A DNA stretch of 64,000 nucleotides from contig JACPIM010000006.1 of the NCBI GenBank assembly GCA_016188045.1, positions 26,137 through 90,136 on the forward strand. The letters are read 5' to 3'. The position numbers and the translations under genes are program-made. The notes beneath the pieces were generated by a model, which worked only from the letters and a program-made list of their open reading frames with translations, ran no database searches and had not been told where the DNA came from. Shown here in pieces: positions 1 through 9,512 of the stretch. Numbering within the stretch: position 1 is the stretch's first letter; every line of letters starts with the position of its first letter. The DNA is from Candidatus Woesearchaeota archaeon. Lineage in GTDB: Archaea; Nanobdellota; Nanobdellia; SCGC-AAA011-G17; JACPIM01.

Positions 1-33
1 GTAGTAAATTTTATAAATACTTATTTTCTACTT

Positions 34-666
34 TTGCAGAAAATGAACAACCAGTCTACATTTGGTGGATTTAAAGAGCCAGGATTTAATGTAAATGATT
101 TAGTAGGAAAGCCAATTTGTTTCTATTTAGAAGGGGGCTATTTATATGGTGTTTTAAAAGAGGTAAGTGACTCAAATTTGGTAGTTATTGAAAGACCTGC
201 CGTTCGTATAGGTCAGAGAGGATTAGAATCATACATAGAAAGCAGACCAACACTATTTCCAATAAACAGAGCATTATCAATAAGAGAAGCATCACAAGAA
301 GAATTAGACAATGATAAATTATCTTTAGTTCAATTTGAAAGGTATCGTGATAAACCAGTAATTGTTAGAGATGGAGGAAAAAATAGTTTTGGTATACTAC
401 ACTGCATCTGGTCTGCAAACGCAGTAACTTTATTGCCATCATTAGTGCCAAAATATTGTCTTTATGGAGAATATTTAGAATGGGACAATACAAGACCACA
501 TTATGTTGCTGGTGTGATAGATATACTTGAGACAACTAAAGAAAATTTACAAAGAGTAGTAGATTCAAGTTTTAATGAATATAATCTACTAGCTAGAAGA
601 GCAGTATTAGAAGAACAAAAATTAAGAGAAGAAGAAAAAAGATTAGGCAATAAAGATAAGCAATAA
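34..666 (+). CDS. hypothetical protein (two similar small beta-rich halves)
   Basis: 210-aa ORF, TTG start shortly after TTTATAAATA; no family recognised. Confidence 0.6.
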   Translation: MQKMNNQSTFGGFKEPGFNVNDLVGKPICFYLEGGYLYGVLKEVSDSNLVVIERPAVRIGQRGLESYIESRPTLFPINRALSIREASQEELDNDKLSLVQFERYRDKPVIVRDGGKNSFGILHCIWSANAVTLLPSLVPKYCLYGEYLEWDNTRPHYVAGVIDILETTKENLQRVVDSSFNEYNLLARRAVLEEQKLREEEKRLGNKDKQ

Positions 667-668
667 CC

Positions 669-676
669 TTTATAAA
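669..676 (+). promoter_or_regulatory. TATA box upstream of aIF2-gamma
   Basis: TTTATAAA followed by SD AGGAGGT (723-729) and GTG at 739. Confidence 0.5.
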
Positions 677-687
677 TAATCTAATTT

Positions 688-718
688 TAGGAAGATGATA
701 AGAAACGTAGTTTATTAT
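688..718. repeat. ATAAG-stem hairpin (family B) in aIF2-gamma leader
   Basis: TAGGAAGATG ATAAGAAAC-GTA-GTTTATTAT; close relative at 62686-62713. Confidence 0.6.
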
Positions 719-738
719 ATTTAGGAGGTATTTTATAC

Positions 739-3484
739 GTGATTACAAAACTAAAAAAAATAGACAATATAGAAAAAGCTCAGCCAGAAATTAACATTGG
801 TATGGTTGGACAATAAGTAAGCAAAAGCTTCTTAAGCCAAAGACGTAGACCATGGTAAATGTCTGGCAGCAGATGAAAAAATATTAATAAATAACAGATT
901 AATAGATGGTAGTGAATTAATCCAAAAAGCAAAAACCAATGGAAAATTAGTTTGGAAAAAAGATAATGAAGAGTTATATGATATAAAAGACCTTTATACA
1001 TACTCGTTAGATAGAGAATTTAAAATAAAAAGAACAAAAGCAAAATTATTCTTGCAAAAATATAATGGTAGATTATTAGAAATAACGACCGAGGGCGGAA
1101 GGCAGATTAAATTAACAAAGAACCATCCACTATTAAAAAATAATTTGGAGTGGATTCCTTCTTATAAATTAAAAAAAGGAGACAAAATAGCCATATCTAA
1201 TATAAGAGTGCCTAGCAAAAAGATAAAGTTCTGTGATTGGGAGCAGAAATTAAAAAAGAAGTGGTATTTTTTAACATATACAGAGTATATAAATCTAAAA
1301 AAAATAACCAATAATTTTGCAGATTTCTCTAAATGTTCAGCAAAAGATTTTAATGATTTAAGAATATTAATTAATTTAAGATATAAAGAAATAGCAAAAA
1401 ATACAAAGTTTTCATATTCTTGGGTTACTAAGATATTAAGGCAGGAGAAGAAACTAACCACAAAGCTCATTAATAGGCTAAACAATTATTTTAAAAAAAT
1501 AGATAAGAATAAATTTAAAATAGAAAAAAATGAAATAGTAGTTCAAACAGAAAAACATCCAGAAAGAGTATCTTGTAGATTTAAGGATACAAAAATAGAT
1601 GTAGACGTAGTAAAATGGTTTTCTCTATTACATGCAGAAGGCTACGCAAGAGATAAAGGGTTAGTGGTTGTTCAAAAAAATTACCCTCAAATTTTAAAAG
1701 AATTTATAAAGATATCAGAAGAAAAATTCGGAATTAAGTTTGGTAAAATTTCAAAAGACAAAAATAATGTTACTAGATTTGAGGTATATTCATACCCATT
1801 TATTGACTATTTGAAATATAAATTTAATCTAAAACTAGGTCCATCCAAAGAATCAACAATATGCAACTGGGTTTTATCATTAAACAAAGCTAGTCAAGCC
1901 GTATTCTTAAAATATTTTTTTGGCACAGAAGGTTCTGTTAACGAAAGGGGGAATCAAATACGGTTATGTCAAGTAAATAAAACCAATCTAAATATCCTTT
2001 CTGTTTTATTAAATAATTTTAGTATAAATCATAGATTTCATAATTTGATAAGAAAAAATAAGAAGAATATAGAGTATTACGTAACTATTTCGGGCAAAGA
2101 TAATTTTTATAAATTTACTAAAGAAATTGGTTTTTTTGATAAAGAAAAAGAAATAAAAGTTAAGAAATACCTAAAAAAACTAGGAAATAAACTATTTTTA
2201 ACTAAGTTCGATAATAAATATAAGAATATAACGTTCGATAAAATTAGAAATATAAAGAAGATTAACTATAATGATTATTTAGTTGACCTAGTAGTGCCAA
2301 AATATCATAATTTTTTTGCAGGTTACGGTGGTATACTGTGTCACAATACTACTCTTTTATATGCCCTTACTGGTCGTTGGACAGATACCCACTCAGAAGA
2401 AATCAAAAGGGGTATTACAATCAGATTAGGCTACGCAGACGCCATTATCTATAAAGATAAAAATATTTTCACAAATAAAAAAACAAAAACATCAAAACCA
2501 GTAAGAAAAGTTTCTTTTGTAGATGCTCCAGGACACGAATCTTTAATGGCTACGATGTTGGCAGGTTCAGCAATAATGGATGCAGCTATTTTATTGGTTG
2601 CAGCCAACGAAACTTGCCCTCAACCACAGACTAAAGAACACCTAATGGCTTTGGAGATTATAGGTGTTAAAAACATAATCATAGTTCAAAATAAAATAGA
2701 TTTAGTAACAGAAGAGCAAGCTAAAAAAAATTATGAGGAGATTAAAAATTTCATTAAAGGAACAATAGCGGAAAATTCTCAAATAATCCCAATTTCAGCA
2801 CAGCATAATGTTAACATAGATGTTTTATTAGAAATGATTGCTAATATCCCAACGCCAAAAAGAGATCCTTTAAAACCGCCATTAATGTTTATAGCAAGAA
2901 GCTTTGATATTAATAAGCCGGGACAAGAAGTAGAAGCTTTAGTTGGTGGTGTTCTAGGGGGTTCATTAAAGCAAGGTAAGCTAAAAGTTAATGACGAAAT
3001 TGAAATTCGTCCAGGCATAAAAGAGATAAGTCATGGAAAAGTTAAATGGGTTCCATTAAGAACAAAAATAGCTGACTTAAAGACCGGTGGTTTGTCAGTA
3101 AAAGAAGTTCAGCCCGGAGGTTCAATAGGATTGTTAACAGAACTAGATCCATCTTTAGTTAAATCAGATTCTTTATCAGGTAATATATTGGGTTATCCAG
3201 ATAATTTGCCAGAAGTTTATTATGAATTAAATTTAAAATCTCATTTATTAGACAGAGTTATAGGAACAAAAGAAGAACTTAAAGTAGAGCCAATAAAAAA
3301 AGCAGAATCTTTGTTATTAAACGTAAACTCAACAACAACCGTAGGTGTAGTAACGGAATTAAAAAAAGATCATTTCCATGCAATATTAAAATTGCCAATC
3401 TGTGCTTCAAAAACAGATAGAATTACCATTTCTAGGATTTTGGGCGGAAGATTTAGATTAATTGGTTATGCTGAAATAGTATAA
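739..3484 (+). CDS. eif2g: translation initiation factor 2 subunit gamma; join(739..811,843..3484), contains an intein
   Basis: SD+GTG, then QPEINIGMVG-H-VDHGK|intein|TTLLYALTG..RGITIRLGY..DAPGHE..NKID; the frame is restored by removing 31 nt; mature protein 408 aa. Confidence 0.93.
812..842 (+). other. putative 31-nt BHB-type mRNA intron
   Basis: splits His codon C|AC; central helix TTGG(806-809)/CCAA(837-840), bulges AC^A and AG^A, inner hairpin TAAG-T-AAGC-AAAA-GCTT-CTTA; unspliced frame stops at TAA 814-816. Confidence 0.8.
860..2347 (+). mobile_element. intein with LAGLIDADG endonuclease (496 aa) in the aIF2-gamma P-loop
   Basis: GK|CLAADE start, block B LTKNHP, motifs WFSLLHAEG and FLKYFFGTEG, end GILCHN|T. 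Confidence 0.93.
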
Positions 3485-3520
3485 CAAGATATTTAAATAA
3501 ATAATAGTTATATAATTAAT

Positions 3521-3916
3521 ATGAGAAAAGAAATAGAAAATTGGTGGAAACAGGCAGAGGCAGACCTTAACTCAGCAAAGAATAGTTTCAATAGTAAGGA
3601 CTATTATGTCTGTGCATTTTTATGTCAGCAGGCAGTTGAAAAGGCGCTAAAGGCTTTACTTTTTAAGAAAGGATTTGAATTAATAAAAACACATGATTTA
3701 GTTCTATTAGCAAAAAAAATAAATGCACCGGATAATATTATTCAGTTATGTAAGATTCTAACGCCAGTTTATATTGAAACTAGATATCCTAACATTGATC
3801 AAGACGGATTTAAAAAATTTACCAAAGAAGAGACCAAAGAAGAGACCAAAGAAGAGACCAAAGAAGATATTAAGACTGCAGAGGAGATTATAAAATGGAC
3901 AAAAAAAAATCTATAA
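3521..3916 (+). CDS. HEPN domain protein
   Basis: AFLCQQAVEKALKA, KTHDL, ETRYP motifs. Confidence 0.9.
   Translation: MRKEIENWWKQAEADLNSAKNSFNSKDYYVCAFLCQQAVEKALKALLFKKGFELIKTHDLVLLAKKINAPDNIIQLCKILTPVYIETRYPNIDQDGFKKFTKEETKEETKEETKEDIKTAEEIIKWTKKNL
3821..3867 (+). repeat. 12-nt tandem repeat (ACCAAAGAAGAG, about 3.9 copies)
   Basis: encodes TKEETKEETKEETKED in the HEPN protein. Confidence 0.9.
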
Positions 3917-4212
3917 TAAATCAACTTAGAGAATTTAAATTAAAAACCAGCCATGAATTGCCTATAAAGAATATGTATCTATTTGGATCAAGAGCAAGGG
4001 GGAAGGCACATAGATGGAGTGATGTAGATTTGATAATAGTTTCAAAAAAGTTTAAAAAACTAACCTTTAGAAAGAGGGTTACAAAAATGTATGATTACTG
4101 GTATTTGGACTATCCAGTAGATTTTCTTTGTTACACTCCAGAAGAATTTGAAAGAAAAAAGAAAGAATATGGAATTGTAAAACAAGCGGTTAAAGAGGGT
4201 ATTGAGTTATAA
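3895..4212 (+). CDS. minimal nucleotidyltransferase (MNT)
   Basis: LFGSRARG..SDVDL; overlaps the HEPN gene. Confidence 0.9.
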   Translation: MDKKKSIINQLREFKLKTSHELPIKNMYLFGSRARGKAHRWSDVDLIIVSKKFKKLTFRKRVTKMYDYWYLDYPVDFLCYTPEEFERKKKEYGIVKQAVKEGIEL

Positions 4213-4231
4213 CTATTAAAAAAATGAAATT

Positions 4232-4261
4232 TTTAGATTGCTTGGCTATGCTCTAATATTA
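4232..4261 (+). repeat. diverged copy of the aIF2-gamma 3' end
   Basis: 24/30 nt match to 3452-3481; FRLLGYALIL vs FRLIGYAEIV. Confidence 0.7.
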
Positions 4262-4275
4262 TCTAAGGCCTATTA

Positions 4276-4656
4276 TTAATTTTCATAAATTCTTGAAACA
4301 TAATCTTCAATATTGCCCTTCTTTCTTTCCCTTAATGCTTGATCTTGTTTTACTGGCTTCCTTGTTTTTGAAAAATCAATTTCCCTTGGAGCTATTGGAG
4401 TATCATAAGATTCAAATAAATATCTATAATCTGTTCCAATAACCTTTCCTTCACTTCTTCTAATTCTTTCAACAAACCCATATTTCTGCATTTGTTCAAG
4501 CAATCTTTCAATTGTAGTTTCCCTGCTTTTATCATCAATAACTACAATATGGTATCTTACAAGTCCATATTCAGGAGAAATTTCCCAATTCCATCTAACA
4601 TGCCTTTCTCTATTACTTATTTTTATAGCTTTTGAAGTTTCAGTCTGGATTTTCAT
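4276..4656 (-). CDS. hypothetical protein
   Basis: 126-aa ORF with GAGG SD. Confidence 0.65.
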   Translation of the reverse strand: MKIQTETSKAIKISNRERHVRWNWEISPEYGLVRYHIVVIDDKSRETTIERLLEQMQKYGFVERIRRSEGKVIGTDYRYLFESYDTPIAPREIDFSKTRKPVKQDQALRERKKGNIEDYVSRIYEN

Positions 4657-4700
4657 TTTAACCTCTAGTTATATATAAAAACAAATAGATAAATTTATGA

Positions 4701-4716
4701 GGTGATAATATTCACC
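4701..4716. promoter_or_regulatory. palindrome, putative operator
   Basis: GGTGA-N6-TCACC between divergent promoters, one driving a TrmB regulator. Confidence 0.4.
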
Positions 4717-4751
4717 ACAAAGATTATATAGTTTTAAATATTTATGAAAGT

Positions 4752-5462
4752 ATGAATAAAGAAATTTTAAAAGAAATTGGTTTAACAGAGAATGAATCTA
4801 AGGTTTATCTTGCTTTGTTAGAGTTAGGACCTAGTTTGGCTGGTCAAATATCAAGAAAAACAGGGTTGCACAGAAGAACAGTTTATGACACAACAGAAAG
4901 GTTAATCGAGAAAGGCTTAATTGGTTATATCTTAAAAAATAATAGAAGAGTTTTCGAATCAAGTTCTCCTAAAAGATTTCTTGAAGTTATAAAAGAGAAA
5001 GAAAATTCAATAAATGAGATTTTACCAGAACTATTATCTTCTTATACTAAAACAAGAGAAAAACAAGAAACTAATTTTTATAATGGCAAAGAAGGAATAA
5101 AAACGGTTTTAGAAGATCAAATAGAGACAGGAAAAGAGATATTGATTTTAGGAGCGAGTTCTTTAGCTTACGAAGTTTTACAATTTTATTTTAAATGGTT
5201 TGATAAAAGAAGAAAAGAAAAAAAGATAAAAGCTAGAATAATTTTCAGTAAAAATATAAAAAAAATAAATATTCCGTTTGCAGAAATTCGTTATCTTCCA
5301 GAAAAATATTCATCTCCCTTGGCAATTAATATTTATAGTGATAAAGTTGCCATAATATTATGGAGCAAGGAGTCTCCAATAGCAATAGTTATAAAAAATA
5401 AAGAGATTTCAGAAGGATATAGAAAATATTTTGAGTTGGTTTGGAAAAATGCTGGAAGATAA
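4752..5462 (+). CDS. TrmB family transcriptional regulator
   Basis: GLTENESKVYLALL wHTH plus C-terminal IYSDKV..FELVW domain. Confidence 0.9.
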   Translation: MNKEILKEIGLTENESKVYLALLELGPSLAGQISRKTGLHRRTVYDTTERLIEKGLIGYILKNNRRVFESSSPKRFLEVIKEKENSINEILPELLSSYTKTREKQETNFYNGKEGIKTVLEDQIETGKEILILGASSLAYEVLQFYFKWFDKRRKEKKIKARIIFSKNIKKINIPFAEIRYLPEKYSSPLAINIYSDKVAIILWSKESPIAIVIKNKEISEGYRKYFELVWKNAGR

Positions 5463-5463
5463 A

Positions 5464-6000
5464 TTATTTGTAATAAAAATACCCCTTGCATCCATTTGGT
5501 AATTTTGAAGGTTTTCTATGTTTAATCATATCTTGAGAAACTGCTTCGCCTCCAAACCATAAAGGAGAGAAGTCAATTGGAACACCATCAAGTTCTTTTT
5601 CATCTGTTCCTATTTCTAAAGCTTTTGTTAAATTTCCAGGACCATGAACACGTTCTCTCAATCCAACTTTATCGTATATATCTCCAGAAATAAACGTCAC
5701 ACAAGAAGGAAATCCTGTCTCTAGAGTTGCTACTCCTAAAACTTTTTTAGCATGTCTTGTTATAACTATTAAACTGCCAGGAGCATACAAAGTTTCTTTT
5801 GCCATATCTCTATCGTCCTCCCAAGGTGCGACTTCTGTTAATCTTGCATATAATTGAGCTTTTCCTTCGCGCTCTCTAACTAGTACTCTTCCTAATAGCT
5901 CTTTTGCAACTTCTTCAGCAGGCCTTGCAAAAAACTTTCTATCTAATGCCTCGCTTCTTTGGGGAATATAATATTCTTCAATAGATTTATTGGGTACCAT
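5464..6000 (-). CDS. mpg: 3-methyladenine DNA glycosylase (Mpg family)
   Basis: LDRKFFARPAEEVAKELLG..GPGNLTKAL. Confidence 0.8.
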   Translation of the reverse strand: MVPNKSIEEYYIPQRSEALDRKFFARPAEEVAKELLGRVLVREREGKAQLYARLTEVAPWEDDRDMAKETLYAPGSLIVITRHAKKVLGVATLETGFPSCVTFISGDIYDKVGLRERVHGPGNLTKALEIGTDEKELDGVPIDFSPLWFGGEAVSQDMIKHRKPSKLPNGCKGYFYYK

Positions 6001-6062
6001 TTTATAACTATACAGTAGTCATATAAAGTAAGCTTTATAAACCTTTGTGCGATGTATTTTTC

Positions 6063-9000
6063 ATGGAAAAACAAAAGAAATATGCTAATTTTCAAGAGTC
6101 ATGCGAACTAAAAGCAAGAGAAGGGACTCCAGCCGAAAGAGCAGAAGCAAGAAAGTATCTAAAGCCTGGCAAGGTATCTCTAAAACTAGCTCTTGATGCT
6201 GAAAGGAGAAAGTTAGAAAGAGCTACAACTGCAAATGATATTGCATTAATTGAAAGATATGGAAATAATATAGAAAAAGCTGAAGAAATAGGAATGAGAA
6301 CAGGAGAGCTTGAATTGACTTATGAGGGGGCAGAAAGAATTTACAAAAAAGTTAAGCAAATGGTTAAAGAAGCAGGTGTTAGGTCAAACACTGATTATTT
6401 AGGAATGTTTGATGTTTTTGACCCAATAACTGAACAAGACTTCATATCTACAGGAATGCTTTGCCTTGTTCCAGAAGTTAGGGAAATAGTAATGAATAAT
6501 GCAAGCACATTGTACAGGATAGCTTTAACAGCTAATTCTCGAAGAAGTTCGGGTTATGCCTTGCCTACTAGACATAAATCAGAAAGATCTTTTGAAGATA
6601 TGATCAATTCTCCAATTAGAACAATCTATTCTTCCTTGCCCAAACCAAAAGATGAAACAGAAGAAGAATTTCAAAGAAAATTAAAAGTTTTGCTGGACAA
6701 AAAAGTAGAAAGAGAAACCTTTCCTTTATTTAGAGATGCTCCTAAAAAAGCAATAGAAACTTTAGATAGAAAAATAACTGAAACAGAAAATGAAGGCTTA
6801 AGAGAAGCATATCAAAGATTACAAGGAACTTATAAGGGCTACTTGGATTTTAAATTAGAAGGAACAAATTTCAATTTTAGAGACCCAAGAACAGGAGAAC
6901 GTGGAGTTCTTCCTTCTTTGCATCAAAGAAGTGCCTTATATCATTTAATGAAAGAGCAAAAATTGGGAATTTTTGATGGATGTGGGACAGGAAAAACTGC
7001 AATAGCAACTTTAGCTCAACCATTAATTGAAAAACAGACTGGAAAAAAACCAAAAGTTCTTGTTGTAGTCGGTACAAATCAGGCAAAAAAAGCATGGAAA
7101 AAAGGGCTTGTTGGAGATAGTTCTCAAAGATACCTATCTGAACCTCAAAATGTTTTTGTGGTCAATGGAGAAAGAAAAGATAACAGATTTATGGAAGAAA
7201 TTGAAAAAGCAGATTGGGTTGTAATGAATAAAGAACAGTTGATTGTTAAGTCAAATGGAGGAGAAAGATTATTTTATGAAGATTTAAGAGATATGGACTT
7301 TGATTATTTTATTTGTGATGAAGCTCATCATATAAAATCACATAGAAAAACAACCAAAGGAGGCAGGCCCACATTAAGCATAGCTGCCCAAGAATTAGCT
7401 AAAAGTGCAAGATATGTAGCTTTATTGACTGCTTCGCCTATTGCAGACAGGTTAAATGATTATGGAGTGTTAGCAAGCATTCTTCAGCCAGAAAGATTTC
7501 CAACTCCTCAAAGTTTAGCAGAAAAAATAAGGCAAAATCCAAGAGAATTATATACCTTTTTTCATGAAAAAACAGTAAGAAGAACTTCTGAAGAAATTAA
7601 TGAAGAACTAGATTGGGAAGAGCGAGAAATTCCCATAGAAATGACTCCTGTTCAAGAAAAAATATACAGGCATCTTGAATTAGAACAGCCAGAGCAGTTT
7701 TTACAGCAAGCAACAAAAGCTCTTCTTGATCCAAGGCTTGTTGACCCTGAAGTTTTAAGAAGAGCGGGAGTTTTAGGAGAAGTTGGAATAGAAAGCTCTG
7801 CGAAGTATAAAAGATTAGAAGAAATACTTACTTCTGATAAGAGCCCTATAACAAGAGGAGAAAAGTTTGTTATTTTTACAGAATTAAGAGAAGGAGTTAC
7901 AGAACAAGAGCATGAATATTTAAGAAAACGTTATGAAGAAATAGGCCATCCGGAACTTTATGCTCAACTGCAATTAAATTTAACTCTTGACAGGATAATA
8001 GAGAGAGCTATTCAAAAAAAGTTTGGCAAAGAGTTAAAAGTAAGAGTTTTAGATGGTTCAATAACAGACATAGAAGAAAAAGAAAGGATAGTAGATAGAT
8101 TAACTCAAGATTTAGCTGGATTGGTCTGCACAACAGATACGGGAGGAGAAAGCCTTGATTTTAGCTCAGCGAGTTATGCTGCATTTTTAAGTGAAGATTG
8201 CGCCCCTAAAACTTCAGAGCAAGCTTTGTCAAGGCTATTAAGAAAAGGGCAATCTAAAAAAGTTAGAATAGATTATTTTCGTGTTCCAGATTCTCTTGAT
8301 ACAAAAATTAGAGATTATGTTGAGGCAAAAAGAATAGTAATAAAAATTGCTACAGACGGCCACAGCTTGCTTGAAAAAGAGCTAGAGCTGCTTGAAACTT
8401 CTGGAAGAGAAAGATTAATTGAAATGGTAAAAAAAAGCGTTGGCGGAACATCTATAGACACTTATAAGGCTGAAGTCAAAGAATTAGATGATTTTGAAAC
8501 TAAAAAAAGAGTGAAGAAAGGCAAAAGAAGCAGAAGCATAATAACTGCAAGTGATTATGAAACAACAGATGCTCAAAGAGTCAATCAATTAATAGGACAG
8601 AATCCAGTAAGCTGTTGGTTTAACCAAGAATTTGTTGATTTTTACATGAGAACTTTACCAAATCTTTCTCCTCCAGTTGTTCATAAAGCAAGAGTTATTG
8701 ATTTAATAAAAAGAGCAAAAGAAAGACAAGTTGTTTTTCCAAAAAATGTTTTAGCAGAAGCTTCTGGACCTTCAATGCTTTATGAATCTTACCAAGAACT
8801 TTCTCATTTAATAGCTCAAGCAGGAAATTCAATTCCTGAAGTTACAGACAGAGATATTTCTGCTTTAATGTTAGAAAGAGGAAAGAATTCAAGAAAAATA
8901 CTCGGAAATATGAATGGAGATGCAAGCGCAATTACAGACAGAAGCTTTGACATGGTTGACAATGGCTCTCTTCTTTTATTGCCAAGTCCTATTGAAATCA

Positions 9001-9512
9001 AAAAAACATTGTTAGAGTCTCATAGAGTTTTGAAAGAGCAAGGTTTATTGGAATTAGTTTTAAAAAATACAAAATTCTCTGATTCATTTTACTCTGGACT
9101 TGAGAGTTTAGGATTTGAAATTGTTTCAGATAAAAATACAGGCTTTGCAGTTTCTCGAGATTTCTTGAGAAGGCTAAAAGAAACTCATGGAGGGCATTAT
9201 GCAGAAAGTTATGCTTCTAAATTAGAAGATACATACATGCTCTTAGCAAGAAAAGTTGATAATCCAATAGATGTTGATGCAGATGCTTTTAGTTTTGAGC
9301 CTCTTGAAAACAATTCTGGAGAAGAGCCAGAAAGCGCAAGAGATCCAAGTGAATCAAGAAGCATAATGATAGCCAAAGGCAGAGACTATCTAAAGCCTAG
9401 AAGAAGATATCCAAAGAAACCCCAGAAAGTCATTACACCTGAAAGAGAAGTCACAGTTGATAAATGGGGAACTGTCATAGATGTGAAGAAGATAGGAGGA
9501 GAAGATGGTTAA
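6063..9512 (+). CDS. SNF2-like SF2 helicase fused to a C-terminal SAM methyltransferase-like domain
   Basis: DGCGTGKT, DEAH, TASP, TGGESLD, QALSRLLRKGQ; C-terminal VLAEASGP..DIS..SFDMV..HRVLK; ATG 6063 preferred over TTG 6045. Confidence 0.85.
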   Translation: MEKQKKYANFQESCELKAREGTPAERAEARKYLKPGKVSLKLALDAERRKLERATTANDIALIERYGNNIEKAEEIGMRTGELELTYEGAERIYKKVKQMVKEAGVRSNTDYLGMFDVFDPITEQDFISTGMLCLVPEVREIVMNNASTLYRIALTANSRRSSGYALPTRHKSERSFEDMINSPIRTIYSSLPKPKDETEEEFQRKLKVLLDKKVERETFPLFRDAPKKAIETLDRKITETENEGLREAYQRLQGTYKGYLDFKLEGTNFNFRDPRTGERGVLPSLHQRSALYHLMKEQKLGIFDGCGTGKTAIATLAQPLIEKQTGKKPKVLVVVGTNQAKKAWKKGLVGDSSQRYLSEPQNVFVVNGERKDNRFMEEIEKADWVVMNKEQLIVKSNGGERLFYEDLRDMDFDYFICDEAHHIKSHRKTTKGGRPTLSIAAQELAKSARYVALLTASPIADRLNDYGVLASILQPERFPTPQSLAEKIRQNPRELYTFFHEKTVRRTSEEINEELDWEEREIPIEMTPVQEKIYRHLELEQPEQFLQQATKALLDPRLVDPEVLRRAGVLGEVGIESSAKYKRLEEILTSDKSPITRGEKFVIFTELREGVTEQEHEYLRKRYEEIGHPELYAQLQLNLTLDRIIERAIQKKFGKELKVRVLDGSITDIEEKERIVDRLTQDLAGLVCTTDTGGESLDFSSASYAAFLSEDCAPKTSEQALSRLLRKGQSKKVRIDYFRVPDSLDTKIRDYVEAKRIVIKIATDGHSLLEKELELLETSGRERLIEMVKKSVGGTSIDTYKAEVKELDDFETKKRVKKGKRSRSIITASDYETTDAQRVNQLIGQNPVSCWFNQEFVDFYMRTLPNLSPPVVHKARVIDLIKRAKERQVVFPKNVLAEASGPSMLYESYQELSHLIAQAGNSIPEVTDRDISALMLERGKNSRKILGNMNGDASAITDRSFDMVDNGSLLLLPSPIEIKKTLLESHRVLKEQGLLELVLKNTKFSDSFYSGLESLGFEIVSDKNTGFAVSRDFLRRLKETHGGHYAESYASKLEDTYMLLARKVDNPIDVDADAFSFEPLENNSGEEPESARDPSESRSIMIAKGRDYLKPRRRYPKKPQKVITPEREVTVDKWGTVIDVKKIGGEDG

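Noticed and set aside
813-843. Alternative intron register 813-843
   Set aside because: It gives the same mRNA, but the central helix would be TGGA/CAAA, which does not pair; 812-842 pairs perfectly.
811-845. +1 ribosomal frameshift as the explanation for the aIF2-gamma break
   Set aside because: It would leave about 10 extra residues inside the P-loop, and the +1 frame has stops at 818-820 and 833-835. Ribosomal bypassing is not formally excluded.
1052-3484. ORF-track start at TTG 1052
   Set aside because: It lies inside the intein; the true N-terminus with the SD and P-loop is upstream at 739.
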